Shown: positions 29,255 through 38,427, counted from the stretch's first letter. The stretch is 64,000 nt of DNA from Alkalispirochaeta sp. (GCA_965601925.1 OZ271854.1:3520001-3584000); one strand, 5' to 3'. A program made the numbers and translations. The notes: generated from the sequence alone by a model not told the origin.

Positions 29255-29824
29255 TCACGCCCGACAGGCGTATTCCATCACAACCGTTCCCGTCTTGAAT
29301 CGCTTTATGTCCGATAGTTTCATATGTCTCGTAATGTCCACGTCGCTGAACAGATGTGCGCCGTGGCCCAACACGAAGGGATACACAACGATACAGAGCG
29401 TATCGACGAGATTGTGTGCGAACAGAACTCGGTCGAGAATCCCCGTTCCATATTTGATAATGTCCTTACCCGGCTGCTCCTTCAGCGCTCGAACTTCCTC
29501 GGCGATGTCTCCCCGGATAACGGTTGTATTCCACGTCGTCTCCTTAAGGGTCGTGGATGCGATGTACTTCGGAATACTGTTCATGCGGTCTACAAACTCC
29601 ATCGGCGCTCCGGCACCGGCCTTGGCCATACCCAGGTAGGCCTCCGAAAGGCTTTCATACGTCTTTCGACCCAAGAGGAGGGCATCGGCTCCAAAGAGTC
29701 GTTGTGTTTGGTAGGAGTCGTGCTCCTCATTGCCCGCGAAGTACGGCTCAGCCTCCCCGACAATGTCCGGCGCATCTATGACGCCGTCAATACTCATAAA
29801 CGTGATTTCAATGAGTTGTCTCAT
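29255..29824 (-). CDS. Dihydrofolate reductase-like (RibD C-terminal) protein
   Basis: FMSIDGVI, LLLGRKTYE, PKYIASTTL, YPFVLGHG. Confidence 0.88.
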   Translation of the reverse strand: MRQLIEITFMSIDGVIDAPDIVGEAEPYFAGNEEHDSYQTQRLFGADALLLGRKTYESLSEAYLGMAKAGAGAPMEFVDRMNSIPKYIASTTLKETTWNTTVIRGDIAEEVRALKEQPGKDIIKYGTGILDRVLFAHNLVDTLCIVVYPFVLGHGAHLFSDVDITRHMKLSDIKRFKTGTVVMEYACRA

Positions 29825-30122
29825 GCACTCCTCCTGTCGGACTCTCCACTCGCGTAGCCCGCCCTACGCGACGAGCCGTCTACCCGCATAAACGGTGTTG
29901 CAAATCGACTGACGGGTGCATAACGTTGCCGTGGTCCGCGGGAGTACGTCCTCGATGTATCCTCCGTTTTGCACCGCTTACCTGTCTTGAGAACACATAG
30001 TCGGAGCATACTGAATATAATACGCCGGTGTGAGATATACGGTTACAATAGTATATCTCCCTCAAGCGGCGCTCGTGTCGGGTATGCACGGAGATATCGG
30101 TCTTGGGAACACGGTATTGTAC

Positions 30123-30938
30123 ATGACGTATCAAACGTTTGAGCCGGACGCGGATTTGGCGGCCTTCGTAAAGTGTTATTGGACGCTCGAGGTTCCGGCT
30201 CAACAGGACGTTCAACGACAGCTCATCATACCCGACGGATGCATAGAAATGACCTTTAGCTTCGGCGACGATATAAAGCGCTATATCTCCGAGGACGAGT
30301 TCATCATCGGGCCACGCGAAGTGGTTATCGGGCAGATTACCGAGCCGATCTATATCGAGCCCACCGGATACGTTGATTCCTTTGCAGTTCGATTTTATCC
30401 CTACGGCTTTGCCAACTTTGTGCGGACGCCCATCAATACGCTGGCAAACACCGAAACGCCCTTGGTTCAGTTGTTTGGAGAAGAGATCGCGGGGCAATTG
30501 GCGCAAAAGATGATCCAAGCGGGAGAGACCGGAACGAGAATAGCGATCATAGAGGAGTTTCTCCTGGGCCGGCTGAGCGATAAAGGAACCATCGACACCA
30601 TCGTGCAAACGACCATTGAGGCGATGTTCGCGACACAAGGAAGCAGCGCGATAAAAGCAGTTCTCAAGAACGATTTATCGAAACGAAGACAGCTAGAAAG
30701 AGACTTCATACAAAAAATAGGTATGAGTCCCAAGCAGTTGGGCAAAGTGATCAGACTACAAGCCGCCCTGAAGAGAATCCTCAATCGGCAATCGGAAACC
30801 TTGACCGAGATTGCCTATGAAAGTGAGTATTACGATCAGGCGCACTTTATAAAAGATTTCAAAGAGTTCACCGGAGTAACACCCAAAAAATTTCTTGGAT
30901 CGGAACAGATGGCTCTCTCTTCACTCTTCTACAAGTAA
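30123..30938 (+). CDS. AraC family regulator (DUF6597 + HTH)
   Basis: FVKCYW, IIPDGCIE, RQLERDF, YYDQAHFIKDFKEFTG. Confidence 0.9.
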   Translation: MTYQTFEPDADLAAFVKCYWTLEVPAQQDVQRQLIIPDGCIEMTFSFGDDIKRYISEDEFIIGPREVVIGQITEPIYIEPTGYVDSFAVRFYPYGFANFVRTPINTLANTETPLVQLFGEEIAGQLAQKMIQAGETGTRIAIIEEFLLGRLSDKGTIDTIVQTTIEAMFATQGSSAIKAVLKNDLSKRRQLERDFIQKIGMSPKQLGKVIRLQAALKRILNRQSETLTEIAYESEYYDQAHFIKDFKEFTGVTPKKFLGSEQMALSSLFYK

Positions 30939-31026
30939 CGACAACCCTGTCGCATTCTTACAATTTCCACCTCAGCGGGTGCTTTATTTTTAATGTGACA
31001 AAGCGAAGCAGTGACAGGAGGAGTCT

Positions 31027-31389
31027 ATGTCAAACACAAACATCAGTAACGTGGTTGCGGTTGTGCCGGCGAAGGATCACCGGAGCGCCGTTGGATGGTA
31101 TACGCAGTTACTCGGGCGGGAGGCGGATATCGTTCCCGTGGATGACGTTGCGGAATGGCAGCTCGCCGACAACGCATGGCTTCAAGTCGGCGTCGATCCG
31201 GAGCGTGCGGGTTACACGACGGTCATCATCGGGGTGAACGACATCGATGTACAGCGCAGCTTCTGCGAAAAAGCCGGCGTACCGCTCGGCGAAGTTGTCG
31301 AAATCCCGGGCGTCATCAAAATGGCCGAGACGGGCGATCCGGACGGGAACAAAGTCGTATTTGTTCAGGATCTTTCCGGCGGAGCCTGA
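31027..31389 (+). CDS. VOC/glyoxalase family protein
   Basis: AGGAG RBS, WYTQLLGR, DPDGNKVVF. Confidence 0.82.
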   Translation: MSNTNISNVVAVVPAKDHRSAVGWYTQLLGREADIVPVDDVAEWQLADNAWLQVGVDPERAGYTTVIIGVNDIDVQRSFCEKAGVPLGEVVEIPGVIKMAETGDPDGNKVVFVQDLSGGA

Positions 31390-31558
31390 TTGTCGGAATC
31401 ACCGGGGGGAAGCCGTCGTAGCTACCCCCCGGTAACCGTTCATTGCGACAAACTAATCGACTCGGGGATAAAAAGGGCCATAGTTTTCTCGGAAATCTCC
31501 CTAAGAGTAGTAATAACATAGCGGTGACCTTGAGTTTCGCATCGCGGAACGACCGGTA

Positions 31559-32053
31559 TCACACGTGTCGGACCATGAGACGAGAGCTTTCTATATTCGC
31601 ATGAACTCCGAAGCCGAGCTTCTTGTACAACCCGTACGCATGATTATCGTTCGAAACCATGAGGCTCAAGCGGTTGACCCCCTGCTGAGAAGCTTGCTCG
31701 ATCAAACGTGCGAGAAGCCTCGTCCCGATGCCGCACCGACGGTGGTCGCGGGCGACGGCAAGAACGAGAACGGGAGTGACCTCATCGATGTATCCCCTGA
31801 TGGCGTTGGACGTGGTGTGGAACCGGTACCACGCTGCACCAACGGGAACCGAGTCGAGGATCGCAATGACGGCGGTGTCTCCCTCGCGCTTACCCCAGTC
31901 TTCAAGCGCGGTACCTACACCCGGTGCCGATAGTCCTTCGTCGAAGGGTGGATTGCTTTTCTGTGAAATCGAGCGCCAGTACACCGCCTCATATAACATC
32001 TCCCGCAGAAAGGGCAGGTCGTCGCGCGTAGCGACGCGAAGCAAAAATGCCAT
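31559..32053 (-). CDS. GNAT family N-acetyltransferase
   Basis: RRCGIGTRLL, NHAYGLYKKLGF. Confidence 0.88.
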   Translation of the reverse strand: MAFLLRVATRDDLPFLREMLYEAVYWRSISQKSNPPFDEGLSAPGVGTALEDWGKREGDTAVIAILDSVPVGAAWYRFHTTSNAIRGYIDEVTPVLVLAVARDHRRCGIGTRLLARLIEQASQQGVNRLSLMVSNDNHAYGLYKKLGFGVHANIESSRLMVRHV

Positions 32054-32285
32054 CAGATCTCCTCCTTACCGCCTGGAATCGCCGCAGGTGCACCCGATAA
32101 CGGCTGCATCCGCGTGGGAACATAGTAATGAAGATCGGCACGCAACGGCTCGGAACTCCTTCCGAGTGTAGCGGGTGCCCACTGACGAAATCATACGATG
32201 TATGATGCGCCGTAGCCGCTCTTCCGGAACCGGCGCTTGGAGAGGGGGTATAGCGGAACGAGCTTCGGTGTTGTGGGGAGAAGGC

Positions 32286-32744
32286 TTATTCAATGGACTT
32301 GTCGACCCACAGTGTTTTTGATAACTCAAATCCATTTTTTGTATAAAGGTTTTGTGCAGGTATATTTTCGGATCCTGTAATACAAGCGATGTATCGTATG
32401 TTTCGTTCTTTTGACCAGTTCTCGATGAATGATACAAGCCTCGAGCCGATGTTCATATTCCTGAAGTTTTCATCTACAAAAAGCTCGTTTAACCAAAGGT
32501 AATCGGCGCCTGTCTCAAGCCCTGCGCACACATTCCCAAACGCAAATGCGGCGATGGTGTCATCTTTGAAGCAAAGGAAAAAAACGGCATTCGATGAGTC
32601 CCGAGAGGCATTGATTATGGCACGCTTGACGTGATCGGAGTCTTTTTTCGAACCAATCGTTTCCATTTGCTTCAGGATGAGAGAAATCAATGAATCGATA
32701 TGCTCTAATGTAGCGCTCTTTTCCACGACTGTTATTTGTTCCAC
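32286..32744 (-). CDS. GNAT family N-acetyltransferase (AT-rich, cassette-like)
   Basis: LNELFVDENFRNMNIGSRL, AQNLYTKNGF; visibly lower GC than its neighbours. Confidence 0.88.
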   Translation of the reverse strand: MEQITVVEKSATLEHIDSLISLILKQMETIGSKKDSDHVKRAIINASRDSSNAVFFLCFKDDTIAAFAFGNVCAGLETGADYLWLNELFVDENFRNMNIGSRLVSFIENWSKERNIRYIACITGSENIPAQNLYTKNGFELSKTLWVDKSIE

Positions 32745-33009
32745 ATTATCTCCCCTGATAAATCATTGTAACATAACGCGTTATGAATGATTGAAGGTCG
32801 CGGCACGGCAACTCCATTTAGTGTCTTCCGCTTTGTCGCCGTAACAGCGGCAGATGTTTATCACACCGGTGTAATGCATCCGCATCGCCTATGCTCCAAC
32901 GGGAACGTGACGACGAGAGGGCGACCGGTGAATCGTTCATCGCCTTCGGTTTCGTGTTCCACCCCCGGTCGAGTCGGAGGGCGTGCGTAACCTTGAAACG
33001 CTTTTGGGA

Positions 33010-33975
33010 CTACGTGATACCGTGCCGTTCCAGCCACGTTAACATCGCGTGGTTTGTCTCTTCCGGCTTTTCCTGCTGGATCCAATGACCGCAATCCAGA
33101 CTGACTACCTCCGCATTAGGCACAAACTCTGTTAGTCGCTCAAACTTCGGGATCACATCACGGTCGCCATAGATCATGAGTGTAGGCTGGCCGATGATTG
33201 GGTTCGCGTCCGCCAGTAGGTGCCAGTTACGGTCAAGGTTCCGGTACCAGTTTATACTGCCTGTAAACCCCGTCGACTCGAAGGCGGAGACGAAAACGGC
33301 AAGTTCGTCGTCACTCATTATCGGTTCGCCAGGCGGTGTTTCTGCTCTCGCAAGATTAATCATGGCCATACCCGGCTGAGGCGGGGCGGGGGGCACGTTC
33401 TTGCGGAACATATTGCGAAGGAATCGTGAAGTATTTGCTTCCAACACCGCATCCGCGACACCAGGCTGTCGATTGAAGTGGACAAAATAGTAGTCGCCGC
33501 CGAGAAACTCTTCCATGAGCTTGATCCACGGTCTTTCTTCGCGCTCTTGGTACGGCAAGGCCAGATTTATCACGGTATTGACACGGCTCGGATGCAGCAA
33601 GGTCAGTCCCCAAACGACCATTGCACCCCAATCATGGCCGACAAAGGTCGCATCTTCGTACTCGTAGTGATCGAGAAGTGCGACGAGATCACCCGATAAA
33701 TGTTCAATGTCGTAGTCCGTTACTTCGGTCGGACGGGATGAGTTGCCGTAACCCCGCTGGTTTGGGACGATAACATGGTAGCCCGCCTCAGCAAGGGCGG
33801 GCACCTGATGGCGCCAAGAAAAGGCGTGCTCCGGCCAGCCGTGGCATAGTACAATAGGCTTTCCTCTATTGTGTCGACCCGCTTCAAAGACCTCGAGCTC
33901 CACACCGTTGACTGAGACTAAGGTGGGCTTGGGAAAATTGGTTGGATACAGCGGTTTGTTTGTTCCGGTTCTCAT
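33010..33975 (-). CDS. Epoxide hydrolase-like alpha/beta hydrolase
   Basis: LCHGWPE, PNQRGYG, GHDWGA, NWYRN, CGHWIQQE. Confidence 0.9.
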   Translation of the reverse strand: MRTGTNKPLYPTNFPKPTLVSVNGVELEVFEAGRHNRGKPIVLCHGWPEHAFSWRHQVPALAEAGYHVIVPNQRGYGNSSRPTEVTDYDIEHLSGDLVALLDHYEYEDATFVGHDWGAMVVWGLTLLHPSRVNTVINLALPYQEREERPWIKLMEEFLGGDYYFVHFNRQPGVADAVLEANTSRFLRNMFRKNVPPAPPQPGMAMINLARAETPPGEPIMSDDELAVFVSAFESTGFTGSINWYRNLDRNWHLLADANPIIGQPTLMIYGDRDVIPKFERLTEFVPNAEVVSLDCGHWIQQEKPEETNHAMLTWLERHGIT

Positions 33976-34027
33976 ATTTTCAACCTCCGTTCGGTTCTGC
34001 AAAGATGGTGCAAGCGTAGCACCGAAT

Positions 34028-34046
34028 CATGACATCTCCTGTCGTG
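34028..34046. promoter_or_regulatory. Palindromic operator for the WYL regulator
   Basis: CATGACA-TCTCC-TGTCGTG between the divergent hydrolase and WYL genes. Confidence 0.6.
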
Positions 34047-34068
34047 TATTCCGATATACTCTCTCAAT

Positions 34069-35043
34069 ATGCGTGCCGATCGATTAGTTGCATTGGTTCT
34101 GCTCTTGCGCCGTCGTGGACGACTCTCCGCGTCCGAGCTCGCCGACGAGCTGGAGGTATCCACCCGGACGGTGCTGCGTGACATCGAAGCGCTGTCCATG
34201 GCAGGTGTTCCGGTGTACGCCGAGCGCGGCCGGCACGGCGGGTTCGAGTTACTACCCAGTTTCCGATCCGAACTCACGGGACTGAACCACGAGGAGTCAC
34301 TCGCCCTGCTGGCGGCCGGCTCGCGACGGGGCGCGCAGGTGTTCGGTCTCGGTTCGGCCCTCGCCTCGGCGATGCTAAAAGTGTTCGACGCGCTCCCCAA
34401 AGACGTCCGTGACACTGCCGTCGTTGCGGCGGAACGAATCCTCATCGACCCGGAGATCGATTTGTTCTCGCGCCGGATGGCGCCCGAAGAAGTACCGGAA
34501 TCGATCCTAACTCCAGTTCGACACGCTGTGTTGAATGGACACAAGCTGCGCATCCACTACGCCGCTTTGAACCGACCGGCGCAGTGGCGCGTCGTCGACC
34601 CGCTCGGCCTGGTCGCACTACGTGAGCAGGTGTACCTGTTGGCCACGAGGTCGGGAGCGGATCGAACCTACCGGCTCTCCAGGATGACGGACGCCGAGGA
34701 GCTCGCCGAACCGGCAGAGCGGCCGGAGCGCGTCGATCTTGAGCGGGTGTGGCAGGAACGAAGCACCACCTTCCTCGCCGGCGGCGACCAAGTCACGGTG
34801 CTGGTCCGCGTGAATCCGAAGCACCGAGAAACCTTGGTCAAAACCGCTTTGGCCGTCTTTGCCGAAGAGGTGGGGGGGGATGGGTGGCGCGAACTCAAAG
34901 CGACCTTTCAGGATGCGCGACACGCCGAGTGGGCGCTGTGGCACCTCGCGATGGACGCGGAGGTACTGACGCCGGATTGGTTGCGCACCTCTCTCCGGGA
35001 CCGCGCAGCGGCCGTAGCCTCACGGTATGGTTCAGAACGCTGA
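34069..35043 (+). CDS. YafY-like HTH-WYL domain transcriptional regulator
   Basis: MRADRL, ELEVSTRTVLRDIEAL, RVVDPLGLV..VYL, RTYRLSR. Confidence 0.92.
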   Translation: MRADRLVALVLLLRRRGRLSASELADELEVSTRTVLRDIEALSMAGVPVYAERGRHGGFELLPSFRSELTGLNHEESLALLAAGSRRGAQVFGLGSALASAMLKVFDALPKDVRDTAVVAAERILIDPEIDLFSRRMAPEEVPESILTPVRHAVLNGHKLRIHYAALNRPAQWRVVDPLGLVALREQVYLLATRSGADRTYRLSRMTDAEELAEPAERPERVDLERVWQERSTTFLAGGDQVTVLVRVNPKHRETLVKTALAVFAEEVGGDGWRELKATFQDARHAEWALWHLAMDAEVLTPDWLRTSLRDRAAAVASRYGSER

Positions 35044-35093
35044 CCGCCTCGGGTGTTATGGGGGACGATGAACACAATGTTATATGATATTGA

Positions 35094-36439
35094 TGTCCGT
35101 TCCTGGGATATGGGTAACAGATTATTCTCGAGACATCGGTAACACCTTGGGTCGCTCAAGGGGGTGCGCATACCCATCGGGCACCCGGGAAATGATGTCT
35201 TCCACGACGTTACGTTCTACATCATACCGCCCAATCTGATAGAAGCAGAAGTAGATACCAAAGATGCCGGTGTCTACCTCTTCAAGGCCGACGTAGTGTT
35301 CCTTCAGCGTCGAGGAGAGAAAGAACTGCCGGTTCAACACACGTATCGTCCCGGCGCGACTGACCCGAGGGACCAGGTAGTGCGCGGGATAGTCATAGGT
35401 CGTGAAGCGCTTCGGCATACTCCATGGTGATCGCCGATAAAGATCCGCGGGACGAACCATATCAATATCTTCGTGGGGACGAATCTGATTGAACTCGTCC
35501 CGAAAAGCATCGAAGCGTCGTTGTTGTGCGGCCATACTCGCCTCCGGTGGTATGGCGGTCTCTCGTTTCAGCGTCGAGTGCGTGTGTTCGTGAATACCGT
35601 TCTGCTGGGGACGGCCCGGCTCGATGAGTTCGGGATAGATGCCCAGGGAGATGAACCACACCGACAGTTGCGACAAGCGTGCCAGGGCACTGGAGACGAA
35701 TGGAGCTCCGTTGTCGGTACGAATGCGTTCTGGAAGGCCATAGGTGCGAAACAGATGGGTGAAGAACGCCTTCGATCGTTCGAGTGAGACTGCCTGATGG
35801 CTCTCGACGCCGAGGATGTAGCGCGAGAAGAGGTTACTGACGGTGAGAGGAAAGCAGTAGATGCCGTTCTTCAGGCGGAACTGTCCTTTGTAGTCGGCGG
35901 CCCATACGTCATTCGGTATCTCAGGACGGTGCTTGGGACAGCCTAGATGCCTCCGTTTCCAGCTGCGACTCGTGGGTTTCACCAGTCCGGCTTTCGAGAG
36001 TATCCGCGCGGCGGTTGAGATCGCCGGCAGATGCCAGTCGGGATGCGCCCGTTCGATGAGAGCTAAGAGCTTGCGTGGACCCCATCGTGGATGAGCGGTG
36101 CGAAGACGAATCACTTCGTCGCGTACGGTGTCGCTCATCGCCCATGGACAGCTATGGGGCGTTCGGGATTCCTCTCGCAGCCCATCCTCTCCATGGTGCT
36201 CCCAGCGATGAACCCATTTGTATGCGGTCTTCCGGGATATCGTGAATCGCTGGGCTAACTCGGTGATCGTATAGATATTCAACCGGTAGTCCCGGATGAA
36301 GTTCTTCCGTTGCTCGTGCACGGTAACTCTTTTCCATGACATGAGCTCTCCTCCCCGTAGAGAGTGTTACCCATGTCCTGAGAATTCGTGTTACCGATGT
36401 TGCGAGAATTTCTTGTTACCTATGTCTCCGAACGGTTCA
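35094..36439 (-). mobile_element. IS481-family insertion sequence
   Basis: Imperfect 26-bp terminal IRs (tgtccgttcctgggatatgggtaaca / tgttacctatgtctccgaacggttca) with iterated TGTTACC subterminal sites; no TSD seen. Confidence 0.82.
35122..36342 (-). CDS. IS481-family transposase
   Basis: HTH (ISRKTAYKW), WGPRKL, rve core WAADYKG / RTDNGAPF / PQQNGIHE. Confidence 0.92.
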   Translation of the reverse strand: MSWKRVTVHEQRKNFIRDYRLNIYTITELAQRFTISRKTAYKWVHRWEHHGEDGLREESRTPHSCPWAMSDTVRDEVIRLRTAHPRWGPRKLLALIERAHPDWHLPAISTAARILSKAGLVKPTSRSWKRRHLGCPKHRPEIPNDVWAADYKGQFRLKNGIYCFPLTVSNLFSRYILGVESHQAVSLERSKAFFTHLFRTYGLPERIRTDNGAPFVSSALARLSQLSVWFISLGIYPELIEPGRPQQNGIHEHTHSTLKRETAIPPEASMAAQQRRFDAFRDEFNQIRPHEDIDMVRPADLYRRSPWSMPKRFTTYDYPAHYLVPRVSRAGTIRVLNRQFFLSSTLKEHYVGLEEVDTGIFGIYFCFYQIGRYDVERNVVEDIISRVPDGYAHPLERPKVLPMSRE

Positions 36440-36456
36440 TTCCGTCTGGTTGTGGC

Positions 36457-36747
36457 TTACGCCGAAACCGGCCGAATTGCCTCGATTTCTTTGTGATGGA
36501 CGCTTTCTTCTTCTTCCAAGTCGAAGTCATCCTGCAATCCTAACCAAAAGCGTGGCGATACACCGAAGTACTTTCCTAATCGCAAGGCCGTCTCAGCCGT
36601 TACTCGTCGCTGGGCTCGGATGATCTCAGAAATACGAGTTTGTGACAATCCTGTATCTTTTGCCAAGCGATAGGCCGTTATGCCCATCGGAATCAGAAAC
36701 TCTTCTTTGAGCACTTCACCGGGATGGATGTTTCTTAACTTCTCCAT
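36457..36747 (-). CDS. higA: HigA antitoxin (Xre HTH)
   Basis: IHPGEVLKEEFL, TAETALRL, FWLGLQ; AGGAG RBS. Confidence 0.93.
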   Translation of the reverse strand: MEKLRNIHPGEVLKEEFLIPMGITAYRLAKDTGLSQTRISEIIRAQRRVTAETALRLGKYFGVSPRFWLGLQDDFDLEEEESVHHKEIEAIRPVSA

Positions 36748-36757
36748 ACTGTTCTCC

Positions 36758-37039
36758 TTAATGGTAGTCGACGATTTCGGCATCGTATACATCGCCATCT
36801 ACCCATCGAAAACAAATGCGCCACTGATCGTTGATCCGAATGCTGTACTGTCCGCTTCGATTTCCCTTTAGTTTCTCCAAGCGATTATTCGGCGGTACGC
36901 GCAATTCAGCGATGTTTGTCGCGTTATTCATCATTCTCAGTTTCCGCCGAGCTGTATTCTGGATATCTGGTGGTAATCGCGGTGTTCGATTTCCTTCCCA
37001 GATATCACGTGTCGCTTGCGATGCAAAACTTCGGATCAC
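36758..37039 (-). CDS. higB: HigB toxin (RelE family)
   Basis: MIRSF, PPNNRLEKLKG, SIRINDQWRICF, EIVDYH. Confidence 0.93.
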   Translation of the reverse strand: MIRSFASQATRDIWEGNRTPRLPPDIQNTARRKLRMMNNATNIAELRVPPNNRLEKLKGNRSGQYSIRINDQWRICFRWVDGDVYDAEIVDYH

Positions 37040-37045
37040 TACTCA

Positions 37046-37074
37046 ATACTATCGCAATACAGTACTATTGTAAA
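37046..37074 (-). promoter_or_regulatory. Sigma70 promoter of higBA (likely leaderless)
   Basis: TTTACA-17 nt-TAGTAT ending 6 nt before the GTG start; overlapped by a caata...tattg inverted repeat. Confidence 0.7.
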
Positions 37075-37172
37075 TCAGAAGTATATCTACTTGTTGTGTT
37101 TCGATAAGAGTTTTACCGAGTGGCTGAAGAACGAAGCCCAACCACCCGGTAATAACTAATGGTAGAAGCCTT

Positions 37173-37439
37173 TTACGAGGCTTTCTCTTGGTGGCGCGTT
37201 AGCTTACCGGCGCGCGCCGCCACTTTGAAAATGCATCCATCACATTGACCCTTCGTACTCTTGCACCGGCAGGCTGCACATACGTCGTAGAGGTCATAGT
37301 CTTCGATTGCATCGAGGATGAGGCGATTCAGTGTCCTTGTCATTGGCTCATTTTTGAACCACGCCATTCGTCTGAGAGCGAAGACCGCATCGCGGCTTAA
37401 TTTCGGGACATACGTACCAGCGCCAATCTTTGTGTGCAT
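37173..37439 (-). CDS. Small hypothetical protein, RHH-like with Cys cluster (copy 1)
   Basis: 88 aa, YVPKLSRDAVFALRRMAW..PMT, CAACRC..CDGC; conserved in copy 2; GAGG RBS. Confidence 0.7.
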   Translation of the reverse strand: MHTKIGAGTYVPKLSRDAVFALRRMAWFKNEPMTRTLNRLILDAIEDYDLYDVCAACRCKSTKGQCDGCIFKVAARAGKLTRHQEKAS

Positions 37440-37632
37440 TTCCTGCACCTCAGTGAATGATGTATGCGGGAAAGCCATGCTTGGTCCCGCACCGGAGGTG
37501 CGCGCCGCTCCTCGTTTTCATGTGTCAAGGTCGAACGAAGTGAGCCCGAAGGGCTTGGCCTTTACACATGGAAAAGAGGACGTACAATGAGAAGACTGCG
37601 GGAGCAGGTTAGGTTGAGGCAGTTTTGGAGCG

Positions 37633-37953
37633 TTACCGGAGGTTTCTTCGGAGCAATATGTCTTCGATGTTTCGACGCCCGTCAATCACTGCGAGAATCA
37701 ATATCCGATCGGATTCTTGCGTATACAACACGCGCCATGGCGCGACGATGATTTCTCGATATTTCGTGATGTTCTGTTGTTCGAGTTCCGGAATGATCCG
37801 TCCGGTTTCCGGAAATTCTGATAATCGCGATACTTCGGAATCAATTTTTTCTGCGATGTTCTTCGCAATCGTCGCCGACGAATGATTAATGATCCAATCA
37901 ATGATTTCTCGGAAGTCTATCGCCGCGCTCGCGGCCCATGTTATTTGTGTCAT
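37633..37953 (-). CDS. RelE/ParE family toxin (copy 1)
   Basis: ITWAASAAIDFREI, FPETGRIIPE, WRVLY, AVIDGRR. Confidence 0.9.
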   Translation of the reverse strand: MTQITWAASAAIDFREIIDWIINHSSATIAKNIAEKIDSEVSRLSEFPETGRIIPELEQQNITKYREIIVAPWRVLYTQESDRILILAVIDGRRNIEDILLRRNLR

Positions 37954-37959
37954 CGAAAG

Positions 37960-38232
37960 TCAATCAGGAATACGACCATAGATGTCGTCCATGACCGACT
38001 TATGATCGACGGTTCGGTTGTCGGCGATATCTTTTTCACTTTGTGAGATGAGCTTCATCAGTCCAAGGGCATCTTTCATTTCTTGATACGTTTCGGTATC
38101 TAACAATACTGCCCGTGCTTCGCCATTTTGAGTGATTAATATCGGATTATGAGTGTCATTGACCTGCCGCAGCATCTCTGCAGCGTTGCTCTTCACATAC
38201 GAAATAGGGCGAATATCTGAATGAAGATTCAT
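37960..38232 (-). CDS. Phd/YefM family antitoxin (copy 1)
   Basis: DIRPISYVKSN, PILITQNGEARAVL. Confidence 0.92.
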   Translation of the reverse strand: MNLHSDIRPISYVKSNAAEMLRQVNDTHNPILITQNGEARAVLLDTETYQEMKDALGLMKLISQSEKDIADNRTVDHKSVMDDIYGRIPD

Positions 38233-38253
38233 AACCAGCCTCCCGGTTCAAAT

Positions 38254-38282
38254 AACGTACTTTATTTGGTCTGTTTACGCAA
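38254..38282 (-). promoter_or_regulatory. Sigma70 promoter of the phd-parE cassette
   Basis: TTGCGT-17 nt-TACGTT upstream of a GGAGG RBS; identical in copy 2. Confidence 0.6.
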
Positions 38283-38306
38283 TTCGTTTGGGATAACGCA
38301 GAAGCA

Positions 38307-38427
38307 ACATAACACCGAGCCGACCTGCGGGCTGCGGCCCGGAGCCGTAGGCGGAGGGATTAGCGCGGCGGTTGCGTACGCGAGCGCCGTGCCAAAGCAG
38401 ATTGACTGGTCCAGCGTTATGTTATGT
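38307..38427 (-). other. Integron attC site (intact, 121 bp)
   Basis: + strand ACATAAC-ACCGA-GCCGACC...GGTCCAGC-GTTAT-GTTATGT: complementary R boxes, 5-nt spacers, 7-nt and 8-nt L boxes. Confidence 0.85.

Larger units (their letters stand above)
37111..38313 (-). repeat. Copy 1 of the duplicated TA + small ORF cassette
   Basis: Colinear and highly similar to 43607-44657, from ttttaccgagtggctgaag to gaagcaacataac. Confidence 0.92.

Noticed and set aside
32066..32285. Possible gene remnant (PPLQAPVPEERLRRII) between the GNATs
   Set aside because: Resemblance to DUF1801-like C-termini is too weak to call without a search
35050..35090. GTTATGG/GTTATAT left of IS481 as attC remnants
   Set aside because: No complementary arm was found; too short to support
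36365..36439. Three ~21-bp repeats at 24-25 bp period, considered as a mini-CRISPR
   Set aside because: No spacers of CRISPR length and no cas genes; inverted copies at the other IS481 end identify them as transposase-binding sites
37090..37110. attC between TA copy 1 and higBA
   Set aside because: Only GTTGTGT is present, with no L boxes or partner R box
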